A DNA stretch of 51,846 nucleotides from the NCBI GenBank assembly GCA_041164085.1, contig JBEAQC010000016.1:1-51846 (forward strand). The letters are read 5' to 3'. Of the stretch, positions 1 to 8,358 are shown piece by piece (position 1 is the stretch's first letter; the number at the start of each line of letters is the position of its first letter). This DNA comes from Actinomycetota bacterium (GTDB lineage: Bacteria; Actinomycetota; Actinomycetes; S36-B12). The notes beneath the pieces are model-generated. The model worked only from the letters and a program-made list of their open reading frames with translations. It searched no databases and was not told the origin of the DNA. A program made the translations under genes and the position numbers.

Positions 1-2
1 TC

Positions 3-953
3 GGCAACGCGATGTTCAGCGAGGGCGATGCGCGAGTGGCGCCGGCACCGGTGACCGTGCGCGATCCCGTACTGACCACCGAGGATGCGCTCAAGCTCGG
101 CGTCGTCGAGGAGATCTCGAGTTTCACTCAACAGGTCAACTACGCCGAATACCTCGCGCATAACCTCGCCGTCGCGTCGGAGTACATCGATGGCACTCTG
201 CTCCTCCCGGGCGAGGTCTTCTCCATGAATGAGAAGACCGAGAATCGCGATCCCGTCGGTGGCTACATGGAGGGCTGGGTCATCGGACCGGGTGGAATCT
301 TCCGCCAGGCGCTCGGTGGCGGTCTGTCCGCCGCCACGACGACGATGTGGTCCGCGGCGTTCTACGCCGGTCTCGAGCCGGTCGAGGTGCAGGCCCACTC
401 GGTCTACATCTCCCGCTACGTGCCCGGGCTCGAGGCGACGGTCGCGTGGGACGGCTTCGACATGAAGTTCCGCAACGACACGCCGTACGGCGTCTTCATC
501 ACTGCCGAGTCCGACGAGACGTCGATGACGGTGCGGATGTACAGCACCAAGATCTACACAAAGATTGATGCCGACGTCGGCGAGCGCTACGGGATCACCA
601 GGAACAACAAGATCTACAACGAATCATCCACGTGCTCGGCTCAGACCGGCGGTCCCGGCTTCACTATCGACGTCGATCGCATCTTCTACGAGGGCGATGT
701 GGAGGTGCGGCGCGAGACCTTCACCACGACGTACCGCCCGGCCCCCCAGGTGGTCTGCGGGGAGAAGCCCGACAAGAACAAGGACAAGGACAAGGACAAG
801 GAGGACGGAGGGGACCCGGCCCCCGAGCCCACTGACGCTCCGACCGCAGAGCCGACGGAGGAGCCGGGCGACGGACCCGGAGACGCCCCGATCGAGGGCG
901 AGTCGGTCGCGACGCAGGCGCTTGGTCCCATCCGCGGGACGTCGCAGCGCTAG
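3..953 (+). CDS. VanW domain-containing protein, C-terminal part (5' end outside the window)
   Basis: The frame is open to the window edge (codons 3-11 precede the first ATG at 12). VanW-type core: GGYMEGWVIGPGG...GGGLSAATTTMWSAAFYAGLEPV...SRYVPGLEATVAW. Low-complexity KDKDKDKED / PAPEPTDAPTAEPTEEP tail. Confidence 0.75.
   Translation, partial: GNAMFSEGDARVAPAPVTVRDPVLTTEDALKLGVVEEISSFTQQVNYAEYLAHNLAVASEYIDGTLLLPGEVFSMNEKTENRDPVGGYMEGWVIGPGGIFRQALGGGLSAATTTMWSAAFYAGLEPVEVQAHSVYISRYVPGLEATVAWDGFDMKFRNDTPYGVFITAESDETSMTVRMYSTKIYTKIDADVGERYGITRNNKIYNESSTCSAQTGGPGFTIDVDRIFYEGDVEVRRETFTTTYRPAPQVVCGEKPDKNKDKDKDKEDGGDPAPEPTDAPTAEPTEEPGDGPGDAPIEGESVATQALGPIRGTSQR
771..806 (+). repeat. Hexanucleotide tandem repeat (gacaag/aacaag x5, then gaggac) encoding DKNKDKDKDKED
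   Basis: Direct reading: gacaag aacaag gacaag gacaag gacaag gaggac, inside the VanW tail. Confidence 0.9.
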
Positions 954-1106
954 GCCGCGGGCCCGGACGATACGGTGGCCCCGGCGTCACCCGGCGCCAG
1001 GCTGACTCCGGTCGCCAAGCAGGACGGCTCCGCCGTACCGGCCGCGACCTGGATCGGTCCGATGCGAGCGGCGCCCAGGTGCCGCCTGAGTTCGAAAGGC
1101 CCTGCG

Positions 1107-1433
1107 GTGACCTACGTCATCACCTTTGCCTGCGTGGACGTCAAGGACAAGTCCTGCATCGAGGAATGCCCTGTCGATTGCATCTACGAGGGCGATCGGA
1201 TGCTCTACATCCAGCCCGACGAGTGCGTTGATTGCGGTGCCTGCGAGCCGGTCTGCCCGGTCGAGGCGATCTACTACGAGGATGACGTGCCTGAGGAGTG
1301 GTCGGACTACACCGCGGCCAATGCCGAGTTCTTCGCCGACCTGGGATCTCCCGGCGGAGCGGCCAAACTGGGGGCGCAGGAGTTCGATGCCGCCCTGCTC
1401 GCCTCCGTCCCGCGCAAGGAGTCGGAGAGCTGA
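1107..1433 (+). CDS. fdxA: 7Fe ferredoxin (3Fe-4S plus 4Fe-4S type)
   Basis: GTG at 1107 preceded by GAAAGG. Product TYVITFACVDVKDKSCIEECPVDCIYEG...CVDCGACEPVCPVEAIYYEDD is the classic actinobacterial FdxA pattern. The fdx-aminotransferase pairing matches Rv1177-Rv1178. Confidence 0.9.
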   Translation: MTYVITFACVDVKDKSCIEECPVDCIYEGDRMLYIQPDECVDCGACEPVCPVEAIYYEDDVPEEWSDYTAANAEFFADLGSPGGAAKLGAQEFDAALLASVPRKESES

Positions 1434-2536
1434 GCGAGCCTGCTCGGAAGGGCTCAGCCGGCTCGCTGGACCTGCCTGACTTCCCCTGGGATCGCCTCGC
1501 GCCACTCGCTGCGCGCGTGCGCGAACACCCCGGACCTGCCGATCTTTCCATCGGCAGCCCTGTCGATCCGACCCCGCTGATCGTGCAGCGCGCTCTCGCC
1601 GACGCGGCCGACTCACCCGGCTATCCGACCGTCGCGGGTCTCGACACCGCCAACGTGTCTTTCGATGCCTGGATGCGACGCCGCGCAGACGTGCGGTCCG
1701 AGGAGATCGGTGTCATCCCGTCCATCGGCTCTAAGGAACTCGTCGCCCTCCTGCCGATGCTGCTCGGGCTCCGACCGGGTGATCGCGTGGTCGTGCCTGA
1801 GGTCGCCTATCCGACGTACGTCGTCGGCGCACTTGTCGCCGGCTGCGATGTCGTCGCCTCCGATGATCCCGATGCTGTGCGAGGGGCCAAGCTCGTCTGG
1901 ATCAACACCCCGGGCAACCCCACGGGTCGGGTGATGTCGACCGAGGAGATCCGCGCCTTCGTCGATGCTGCCCGCGAGCACGGTGCGGTGCTGGCTTCGG
2001 ACGAGTGCTACCTGGAGTTCGGCTGGGATACGGAGCCGAGCTCCGCGCTCTCGGCCGGTGTCATCGGCGACGATGCGACGTCCGTGCTCGCCCTCCACTC
2101 ACTCTCCAAGCGCTCCAACATGGCCGGGTATCGCTATGGCGCGATCGCCGGCGACCCTGCCCTGGTACGCCGGCTGTTGGAGATTCGCAAGCACATCGGC
2201 CTCATGACGCCCCTTCCTGTGCAGCGCGCCGCTGAAGTCGCGTGGGCTGACGATGAGCACGTCCAGGAACAGCGGGCGCGCTACATCGCCCGGCGCAGGG
2301 TGCTCGCGCCCGCCCTGGAGGCGGCGGGATTCCGCATCGACCACAGTGAGGCCGGCCTCTACCTGTGGGCGACGCGTGACGAAGACTGCTGGGAGACGGC
2401 GGCCCACCTAGCCGAGCGGGGAATCCTCGTTGCTCCGGGTGACTTCTACGGCTCCCGTGGCGCCCGTCATGTGCGCCTGGCGCTCACCGCACCAGATGTC
2501 GTGATCGCGGGAGCAGCTGAGCGCCTCGGCGCCTGA
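1430..2536 (+). CDS. dapC: Succinyldiaminopimelate aminotransferase (DapC-type PLP aminotransferase); start uncertain
   Basis: LPDFPWDRLAPLAARVREHPG..DLSIGSPVDPTP, SLSKRSNMAGYR (PLP lysine) and LWAT...GILVAPGDFYG resemble Corynebacterium DapC. There is no ATG/GTG near the homologous N-terminus. The CTG at 1430 overlaps the fdxA stop (CTGA). The GTG at 1298 on the track would overlap fdxA by 136 nt. Confidence 0.8.
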   Translation: MSEPARKGSAGSLDLPDFPWDRLAPLAARVREHPGPADLSIGSPVDPTPLIVQRALADAADSPGYPTVAGLDTANVSFDAWMRRRADVRSEEIGVIPSIGSKELVALLPMLLGLRPGDRVVVPEVAYPTYVVGALVAGCDVVASDDPDAVRGAKLVWINTPGNPTGRVMSTEEIRAFVDAAREHGAVLASDECYLEFGWDTEPSSALSAGVIGDDATSVLALHSLSKRSNMAGYRYGAIAGDPALVRRLLEIRKHIGLMTPLPVQRAAEVAWADDEHVQEQRARYIARRRVLAPALEAAGFRIDHSEAGLYLWATRDEDCWETAAHLAERGILVAPGDFYGSRGARHVRLALTAPDVVIAGAAERLGA

Positions 2537-2677
2537 CGAGCCCGGGGGAGGGCTGCCGGCGTACGCGGGATACGGTGGGGCCGCCGAGCCCCTTCCGGGT
2601 GAGACAACCGCACGTGAGGGGCCACGGCACCGTTGACGGACCCCCACGAAGGGTCCACGGGCACTGGAGGTAGCCGC

Positions 2678-3967
2678 GTGAGTGATGTCGTCCTGAATTA
2701 CCCCGGCGGCGAATTGCCCTTGGAGCGTGCCCCCTCCACGATCGGGGAGTCCGGGCTCGACATCAGCGCGCTGCTGGCCACGACCGGCGACGTGACCCTC
2801 GATCACGGCTTCGTCAATACGGCGGCCTGCTCATCGGCGATCACCTACATCGATGGCGACAAGGGCATCCTGCGCTACCGCGGATACCCGATCGAGCAGC
2901 TCGCTGAGCAGTCGACCTACCTCGAGGTCGCCTACCTGCTCATCTACGGCTACCTGCCGACTGCCGATGAGCTGTCTGACTTCAAGTTGCGCATCAAGCG
3001 CCACACGATGCTGCATGAGGAGCTGCGGGCGTTCTTCGACGGCTTCCCGCGTGATGCCCATCCGATGCCGGTGCTGTCATCGGCCGTCTCGGCGCTGTCG
3101 ACGTTCTATCAGGACTCGCTCGACCCGTTCGATCCTGAGCAGGTCGAGATGAGCACCATCCGCCTCATGGCCAAGTTGCCCACACTCGCCGCCTACGCCT
3201 ACAAGAAGTCCGTGGGGCAACCCTTCATCTATCCGGACAACTCACTCGGCTTCATCGACAACTTTCTGCGCATGACGTTCGCCGTCCCCGCGGAGGAGTA
3301 TGTCGTCGATCCCGTGCTGTCTAAGACGCTCAACATGCTCCTGCTGCTGCATGCCGACCACGAGCAGAACTGCTCGACGTCGACTGTGCGACTCGTGGGC
3401 TCCTCCCACGCCAATCTCTTCGCATCGGTGTCCGCCGGGATCAATGCGCTCTTCGGCCCACTGCATGGCGGTGCCAATCAGGCGGTGCTGGAGATGCTCG
3501 AGGGCATCCACGCGTCAGGTGGAGGTGTCAACACCTTCATCCGCCAGGTCAAGGATCGCCAGGACGGCGTGAAGCTCATGGGCTTCGGTCACCGGGTCTA
3601 CAAGAACTATGATCCGCGCGCCGCGATCGTCAAGAAGGCCGCGTATGAGGTCTTCGCTGCCCTCGACGTCAAGGACCCACTGCTCGATATCGCACTTCGC
3701 CTCGAAGAGGTCGCGCTCGCCGACGACTTCTTCATTTCGCGCCGGCTCTATCCCAACGTCGACTTCTACACCGGCCTCATCTACAAGGCTATGGGCTTTC
3801 CGACCCGCATGTTCACCGTGCTCTTCGCCCTCGGTCGATTGCCGGGCTGGATTGCGCAATGGCGCGAGATGATCAACGATCCCGCGACCAAGATCGGCCG
3901 CCCGCGCCAGGTGTACGTCGGAGATCCGCTGCGCGACTACGTCCCCATCGAGGACCGCTCAGCCTGA
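2678..3967 (+). CDS. gltA: Citrate synthase (type II)
   Basis: GTG at 2678 with GGAGG about 9 nt upstream (TTG at 2633 is the alternative). Motifs: YPGGE, ITYIDGDKGILRYRGYPIEQL, LLLHADHEQNCSTS, GPLHGGAN, GFGHRVYKNYDPRA. Confidence 0.95.
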   Translation: MSDVVLNYPGGELPLERAPSTIGESGLDISALLATTGDVTLDHGFVNTAACSSAITYIDGDKGILRYRGYPIEQLAEQSTYLEVAYLLIYGYLPTADELSDFKLRIKRHTMLHEELRAFFDGFPRDAHPMPVLSSAVSALSTFYQDSLDPFDPEQVEMSTIRLMAKLPTLAAYAYKKSVGQPFIYPDNSLGFIDNFLRMTFAVPAEEYVVDPVLSKTLNMLLLLHADHEQNCSTSTVRLVGSSHANLFASVSAGINALFGPLHGGANQAVLEMLEGIHASGGGVNTFIRQVKDRQDGVKLMGFGHRVYKNYDPRAAIVKKAAYEVFAALDVKDPLLDIALRLEEVALADDFFISRRLYPNVDFYTGLIYKAMGFPTRMFTVLFALGRLPGWIAQWREMINDPATKIGRPRQVYVGDPLRDYVPIEDRSA

Positions 3968-4034
3968 TCTCACTTCCGCTATCCACGCCGGGGCGCGTTG
4001 AACGCGGATGGTGGTCGCCGAGCGGAAGGCCCTG

Positions 4035-4955
4035 CTAGTCGGTGGCGTGGAGTGCGGCGTTGAGACCACCCCAGGTGCCGCTGCGCTGGACGACTTCGAG
4101 GGCGCCCGTCACCGAATGACGGCGGAAGAGCAGGTGGGGCAGGCCGGAGAGTTCCCGCGCCTTGACGATCTCGCCGTCCGGCAGTGTGATGCGCGAGCCG
4201 GCGGTGATGTAGGTGCCGGCCTCGACCACGCAGCCGTCGCCGAGGCTGATCCCGATGCCGGCGTTGGCGCCGATGAGGCATCCCTGGCCGACGCTGATGA
4301 CCTCCTGGCCACCGCCTGACAGCGTGCCCATGATCGACGCGCCACCGCCGATGTCGGAACCGTCGCCTACGACGACGCCCGCAGAGATGCGCCCCTCGAC
4401 CATGGAGGTGCCCAGCGTGCCGGCGTTGAAGTTGACGAAGCCCTCGTGCATGACGACGGTGCCCTCGGCAAGGTGTGCTCCTAGGCGCACACGATCGGCA
4501 TCGGCGATGCGCACGCCGGAGGGTACGACGTAGTCGATCATCCGCGGGAAGCGGTCGACGCCGAGGACGACCAGGTGCTCGCCGTGCGTGCGGGCGCGCA
4601 GCCGGGCCGCGGAAAGCTCGTCAAGGGCGACGGGGCCGCGCGTCGTCCAGGCAACGTTGGGCAACAGGCCGAAGATGCCCTCCAGATTGATCGAGCGCGG
4701 CTGCACCAACCGGTGTGACAGCAGGTGCAGTCGAAGGTAGGCATCGGCCACGTCTGCGGGGGGTGACTGCAAGTCGGTGATCTCCGTGCGCACCGGCCGG
4801 ACCTCGACGCCGCGGACATCGTCGGTGCGGGCGGCCGCGTCGAGGCCGGGCACGGGGGGAGGCTCAACTCCAAGGGCGGGTCGCGGGTACCAGACGTCGA
4901 GGATCGAGCCCGCGCTGAACGTCGCGAGGCCGACCCCGGCTGCCGATGTCGTCAT
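4035..4955 (-). CDS. dapD: 2,3,4,5-tetrahydropyridine-2,6-dicarboxylate N-succinyltransferase
   Basis: 306 aa with a left-handed beta-helix hexapeptide region ([36 protein letters not shown]...[18 protein letters not shown]). Actinobacterial DapD-type N-terminus and length (Rv1201c-like). Confidence 0.85.
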   Translation of the reverse strand: MTTSAAGVGLATFSAGSILDVWYPRPALGVEPPPVPGLDAAARTDDVRGVEVRPVRTEITDLQSPPADVADAYLRLHLLSHRLVQPRSINLEGIFGLLPNVAWTTRGPVALDELSAARLRARTHGEHLVVLGVDRFPRMIDYVVPSGVRIADADRVRLGAHLAEGTVVMHEGFVNFNAGTLGTSMVEGRISAGVVVGDGSDIGGGASIMGTLSGGGQEVISVGQGCLIGANAGIGISLGDGCVVEAGTYITAGSRITLPDGEIVKARELSGLPHLLFRRHSVTGALEVVQRSGTWGGLNAALHATD

Positions 4956-5004
4956 GGTGTGACGCTATCGGATTACCGGGACCGGCCTCCGTGGGTCGAG
5001 CGAG

Positions 5005-5553
5005 CTACTTCTTGACGGCCTCGACGTCCATCTCGAGCTTGACGGTGTCGCCGACGAGCACGCCACCGGTCTCGAGTGCGACGTTCCACACCAGGCCGAA
5101 CTCCTTGCGACTGATCTCAGCCTTGCCCTCGAACCCGATGCGGGTATTGCCCCACGGGTCCTGGCTCGTGCCGAGGAGTTCGAACTTCACGTCGACGGGC
5201 TTGGTCACGCCATGGATCGTGAGATCGCCGGTCACGATGAACTCGTCGTCACCCTTGGCCGTGACAGCGGTGCTGTTGAACGTGAGGGTGGGGAACTGCT
5301 CGACATCGAGGAAGTCGGCGGACTTCACGTGAGCGTCACGCTCGTCGTCGTTGCTCGAGAAGCTCGAGGCGACGATGGTGAGCTGCGCGGAGGACTTGGC
5401 CGGATCAGCGCCGTCGAGCGTCATCGCGCCGGTGAACTCGGAGAAGCCGCCGCGCACCTTGGCCACCATGGCGTGACGGGCGACAAAGCCAATGGCCGAG
5501 TGGGTGGGATCGATCTCCCAGGTGCCCGTGGTCGCAGCGAGATCGGTGCTCAT
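5005..5553 (-). CDS. YceI family (polyisoprenoid-binding-like) protein
   Basis: ATG at 5553 with GGAGG 7 nt upstream. WEIDPTHSAIGFVARHAMVAKVRGGF...HVKSADFLDVEQFPTLTF...GDLTIHGVTKPV is the YceI signature. Confidence 0.9.
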   Translation of the reverse strand: MSTDLAATTGTWEIDPTHSAIGFVARHAMVAKVRGGFSEFTGAMTLDGADPAKSSAQLTIVASSFSSNDDERDAHVKSADFLDVEQFPTLTFNSTAVTAKGDDEFIVTGDLTIHGVTKPVDVKFELLGTSQDPWGNTRIGFEGKAEISRKEFGLVWNVALETGGVLVGDTVKLEMDVEAVKK

Positions 5554-5646
5554 GGACGGTCCTCCAAGGACGATTGGGCCGGCGGGCCGGCGATGTAGTT
5601 GAGAATGCAATCACATCTCCAGTCCGAGCCCAACCACGTCGCCGGT

Positions 5647-6303
5647 CTAGGCCCTGTGAGAGCCGTCGGCGCCCATATCCGCGGGGCCGCCGTGTCCCGG
5701 CCCTCCGTGACCCGGGCCACCGGCCCCCGGCCCTCCGTGACCCGGGCCACCGTCCCCCGGTCCACCGCGTCCCCGGCCCTCATGGCCCTGGCCCCCTGCC
5801 CCGTCACGGCGCTCCTGGAGCTCAGCAGCCTTCTCGGGCGACAGGGCGTGGACGCCCACCGCTGTGGCCGTGCCTGCGTCCACCGTGGCGCGCACGTGTA
5901 CGAGGTCGCCGACCTCGGGCGCGCCCTCGTCGCCCTCACGCTCGAGCCGGGTCTGGTCATCGACGACGTACGTCGACGTGTAGCCATCGGCGCTCTTCAC
6001 CGTCAGCGACGTCGCCGTCGAGGAGGTCACCTCACCGTGCTGCATGCGTACGGTGATGAAGTTGCCCTCGGCATCCTCGGCGACGCCCTCGCTGTGAAGC
6101 AGGGGCCCGCCTCGGCCCTCGCGCATCTGGCCCGGACCGGCGCCGGGGCCCTGGTCATTGCCGTGGCCGTCCTTCACTCCGCGCTCACTGTGGACCGGCG
6201 CGGACGGCTGACCGTCAGCGGCGAGCGCCATCGTCGCTCCGGTGACGGTGCCGGCCCCGAGTGCTACTGCGGCGACCACGGCCGCGATACGTGTCTTGGT
6301 CAT
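5647..6303 (-). CDS. Secreted protein with a Gly/His/Pro-rich decapeptide-repeat C-terminus (DUF5666-like core?)
   Basis: ATG at 6303 with GGGAAGGA upstream. Signal-peptide-like MTKTRIAAVVAAVALGAGTVTGATMALA, a beta-rich core (SLTVKSADGYTSTYVVDDQTRL), then GGPGDGGPGHGGPGAGGPGHGGPGHGGP. Confidence 0.7.
   Translation of the reverse strand: MTKTRIAAVVAAVALGAGTVTGATMALAADGQPSAPVHSERGVKDGHGNDQGPGAGPGQMREGRGGPLLHSEGVAEDAEGNFITVRMQHGEVTSSTATSLTVKSADGYTSTYVVDDQTRLEREGDEGAPEVGDLVHVRATVDAGTATAVGVHALSPEKAAELQERRDGAGGQGHEGRGRGGPGDGGPGHGGPGAGGPGHGGPGHGGPADMGADGSHRA
5696..5755. repeat. 30-bp tandem repeat x2 (29/30 identical), plus a degenerate third unit to about 5785
   Basis: cccggccctccgtgacccgggccaccggcc / cccggccctccgtgacccgggccaccgtcc; encodes the GGPGHGGPGx repeats of the 5647-6303 gene. 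Confidence 0.95.
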
Positions 6304-6431
6304 GTCAGTCCTTCCCTGCCTGGCCGACATCGCGGGCGCTGGTCGCCCGCCTCCCTCGGCTCGCCTTCAGCGTGAACCCCGTATGTGAGGCCGGCGTGCG
6401 AGCGGCGTAAGGGACAGGTAAGGATGGACGC

Positions 6432-6752
6432 ATGGCGGGCGGGCTCATGGGACTTCTCTTCCTCATCGTGGGAGTCGCGGTGATCGGAGGGGCTGCTCTG
6501 CTCATCGCCGGTCGCTGGCGCGATGGGCTTCCCGAAGTGCCGCCCGACGGAGAGCGTCCCGCGTCGCTCGGTACGCAGGTGGCGGTGGGTGAGATGACGA
6601 TCGATGACATCGACGACGTGCGCTTCGAGCAGGCACCGCGCGGATATCGCATGGACGAGGTGGACCAACTCGTCGATCGGCTCGCGCAGGAAATCGAGGC
6701 TCGTGATGAGGAAATCGCCCGCCTGCGAGGCCAGACGCGCCCCGACTCGTGA
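6432..6752 (+). CDS. DivIVA-domain small membrane protein
   Basis: AAGGA upstream of the ATG. N-terminal TM helix (GLLFLIVGVAVIGGAALLIAG), then the DivIVA N-terminal motif FEQAPRGYRMDEVDQLVDRL and a coiled-coil tail. Its position before tag matches Rv1209. Confidence 0.8.
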   Translation: MAGGLMGLLFLIVGVAVIGGAALLIAGRWRDGLPEVPPDGERPASLGTQVAVGEMTIDDIDDVRFEQAPRGYRMDEVDQLVDRLAQEIEARDEEIARLRGQTRPDS

Positions 6753-7369
6753 ACGAGGGGGCTCGGGAGGGCGAGGACGGACTCCTGCGCTGTCCCTGGG
6801 GTGATGGGCCCGCTGACTATCGCGACTACCACGACACGGAGTGGGGCAGGCCGATCCATGGCGATGCCGCACTCTTCGAGCGCCTGTCGCTCGAGGGGTT
6901 CCAGTCCGGACTGTCATGGTTGACGATCCTGCGTCGACGCGAGGGCTTCCGATCCGCCTTCAGCGGCTTCGAACCGGTCACTGTCGCGGCGTACGACGAA
7001 GCGGACGTCGATCGACTGGTGGTGGATGAACGGATCATCCGTCACCGGGGCAAGATCGAGGCCGTCATCGCGAATGCGCGCGCACTCGTGCGCTGGCAGG
7101 ACGCCGAGGGCGACGGGGTGCTCGATGCCCTCATCTGGTCCGTCGCTTCACCGCAGCCTGTGCCGCGGACGATGGCGGACGTGCCCGTGGAGACAGAGGC
7201 CTCCCGAGCCTTGACGCGGGAGCTGAAGTCTCGCGGATGGCGCTTCATCGGCCCGACGTCCGCCTACGCCGCTCTCCAGGCCGTGGGGGTGGTCAATGAT
7301 CACCTCGCGGACTGCCACGCACGTGTGAGGCCGACCCGGCCGTCGGTCGATGACCTCAATAGGCGATAA
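6749..7369 (+). CDS. tag: DNA-3-methyladenine glycosylase I
   Basis: GTGA overlap with the preceding stop. RCPW...YHDTEWGRP..D...LFERLSLEGFQSGLSWLTILRRREGFR.AF..F. Confidence 0.9.
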   Translation: MNEGAREGEDGLLRCPWGDGPADYRDYHDTEWGRPIHGDAALFERLSLEGFQSGLSWLTILRRREGFRSAFSGFEPVTVAAYDEADVDRLVVDERIIRHRGKIEAVIANARALVRWQDAEGDGVLDALIWSVASPQPVPRTMADVPVETEASRALTRELKSRGWRFIGPTSAYAALQAVGVVNDHLADCHARVRPTRPSVDDLNRR

Positions 7370-7401
7370 TGGTCACTTCCGCTCCCACGGAAGGGGACAC
7401 C

Positions 7402-7569
7402 ATGGCTGCCATGAAGCCGAGGACCGGTGACGGTCCCATGGAGGTCACCAAGGAGGGCCGCGGCTACGTCATGCGAGTACCCCTCGAAGGTGGTGGCCGC
7501 CTCGTGGTCGAGCTCAATGCCACCGAGGTCAAGGAACTCGGCGACAAGCTCATCGCCGCCATCCCCTGA
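7402..7569 (+). CDS. DUF3117 family small protein (Rv1211-like)
   Basis: MAAMKPRTGDGPMEVTKEGRGYVMRVPLEGGGRLVVELNATEVKELG is the near-invariant actinobacterial DUF3117 sequence. GGAAGGGGA lies upstream. The ATG at 7369 is a less likely start. Confidence 0.85.
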   Translation: MAAMKPRTGDGPMEVTKEGRGYVMRVPLEGGGRLVVELNATEVKELGDKLIAAIP

Positions 7570-7583
7570 CCATCGTCGACACC

Positions 7584-7614
7584 AAGGCCCTGATCCCCAT
7601 GGGGACGGGGCCTT
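7584..7614. terminator. GC-rich hairpin between convergent genes (possible bidirectional terminator)
   Basis: aaggccc-tgatccccatggggacg-gggcctt; outer 7-bp stem plus an inner cccc/gggg stem. It lies between the DUF3117 stop (7569) and the methyltransferase stop (7637). No clear U-tract. Confidence 0.4.
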
Positions 7615-7636
7615 CGACGTGTGGGCCTTCGGGAGG

Positions 7637-8269
7637 CTAGTCCTGGACGGACGCGAGGACGATGCCCTCGCCTACCGTCATCACCGTGGCGATCCACTCT
7701 GGGTCATCGCGCAGGTGCTGGATGAGGTCACGGCGTGCGGGGAGCGTGCCGTCGGCATCGAAGACGGGTGTGATGACGATGCTGCCTCCGGGGCGCAGGA
7801 GTCGACGAGCCTCGGCCAGCAGCGAGTGGCCTTCATCTGCGCCCGTTTCGGCCCCGGGGCCGATGACCACGATGTCGTAGGCGTCGTCGCTCAGCCGGGG
7901 GAGCACCGCGCGCGGAGCACCCGCGATAGCGCGCACGCGTGTGTGACTGATCCCCATGCGCTCGAAGGTGTCCCGCGCCGCAGTCTGGAGGGCCGAGTCC
8001 GGATCGACAGTGGTCAAGGTGGCATCGTCGGCCATGCCGGACACGATCCATCCGCCGGTTACTCCCGCGCCAGAGCCCACTTCGACGACGCTCTTGGCCT
8101 GCATCGCAGCGACGAGGGCGCGCAGGGCTGCGCCCACCGATCGACTCGGCGATGGCGCGCCGATCTCGCGACCGCGGCGGCGGGCTTCGGCGATCTCAGG
8201 TGGCTCCTCCGTCCAATCGTCGGCGTAGGCCCAGGTGAGTGGGCTCGGGGGCAGGCTCGCATCGCTCAC
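7637..8269 (-). CDS. Class I SAM-dependent O-methyltransferase (family 3, Rv1220c-like)
   Basis: SAM motif I VVEVGSGAGVTGGWI, DAYDIVVIG, LLRPGGSIV. Its position next to htrA/tatB matches Rv1220c. Confidence 0.8.
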   Translation of the reverse strand: MSDASLPPSPLTWAYADDWTEEPPEIAEARRRGREIGAPSPSRSVGAALRALVAAMQAKSVVEVGSGAGVTGGWIVSGMADDATLTTVDPDSALQTAARDTFERMGISHTRVRAIAGAPRAVLPRLSDDAYDIVVIGPGAETGADEGHSLLAEARRLLRPGGSIVITPVFDADGTLPARRDLIQHLRDDPEWIATVMTVGEGIVLASVQD

Positions 8270-8358
8270 ACGCGCAGCCTAGGTCCGGACGGTCCCATTC
8301 GGTAGCCGGGTGGGAACATCGGGTGGTGACCGGTCAGCGCGGCGGACAGAAGTCAGGC

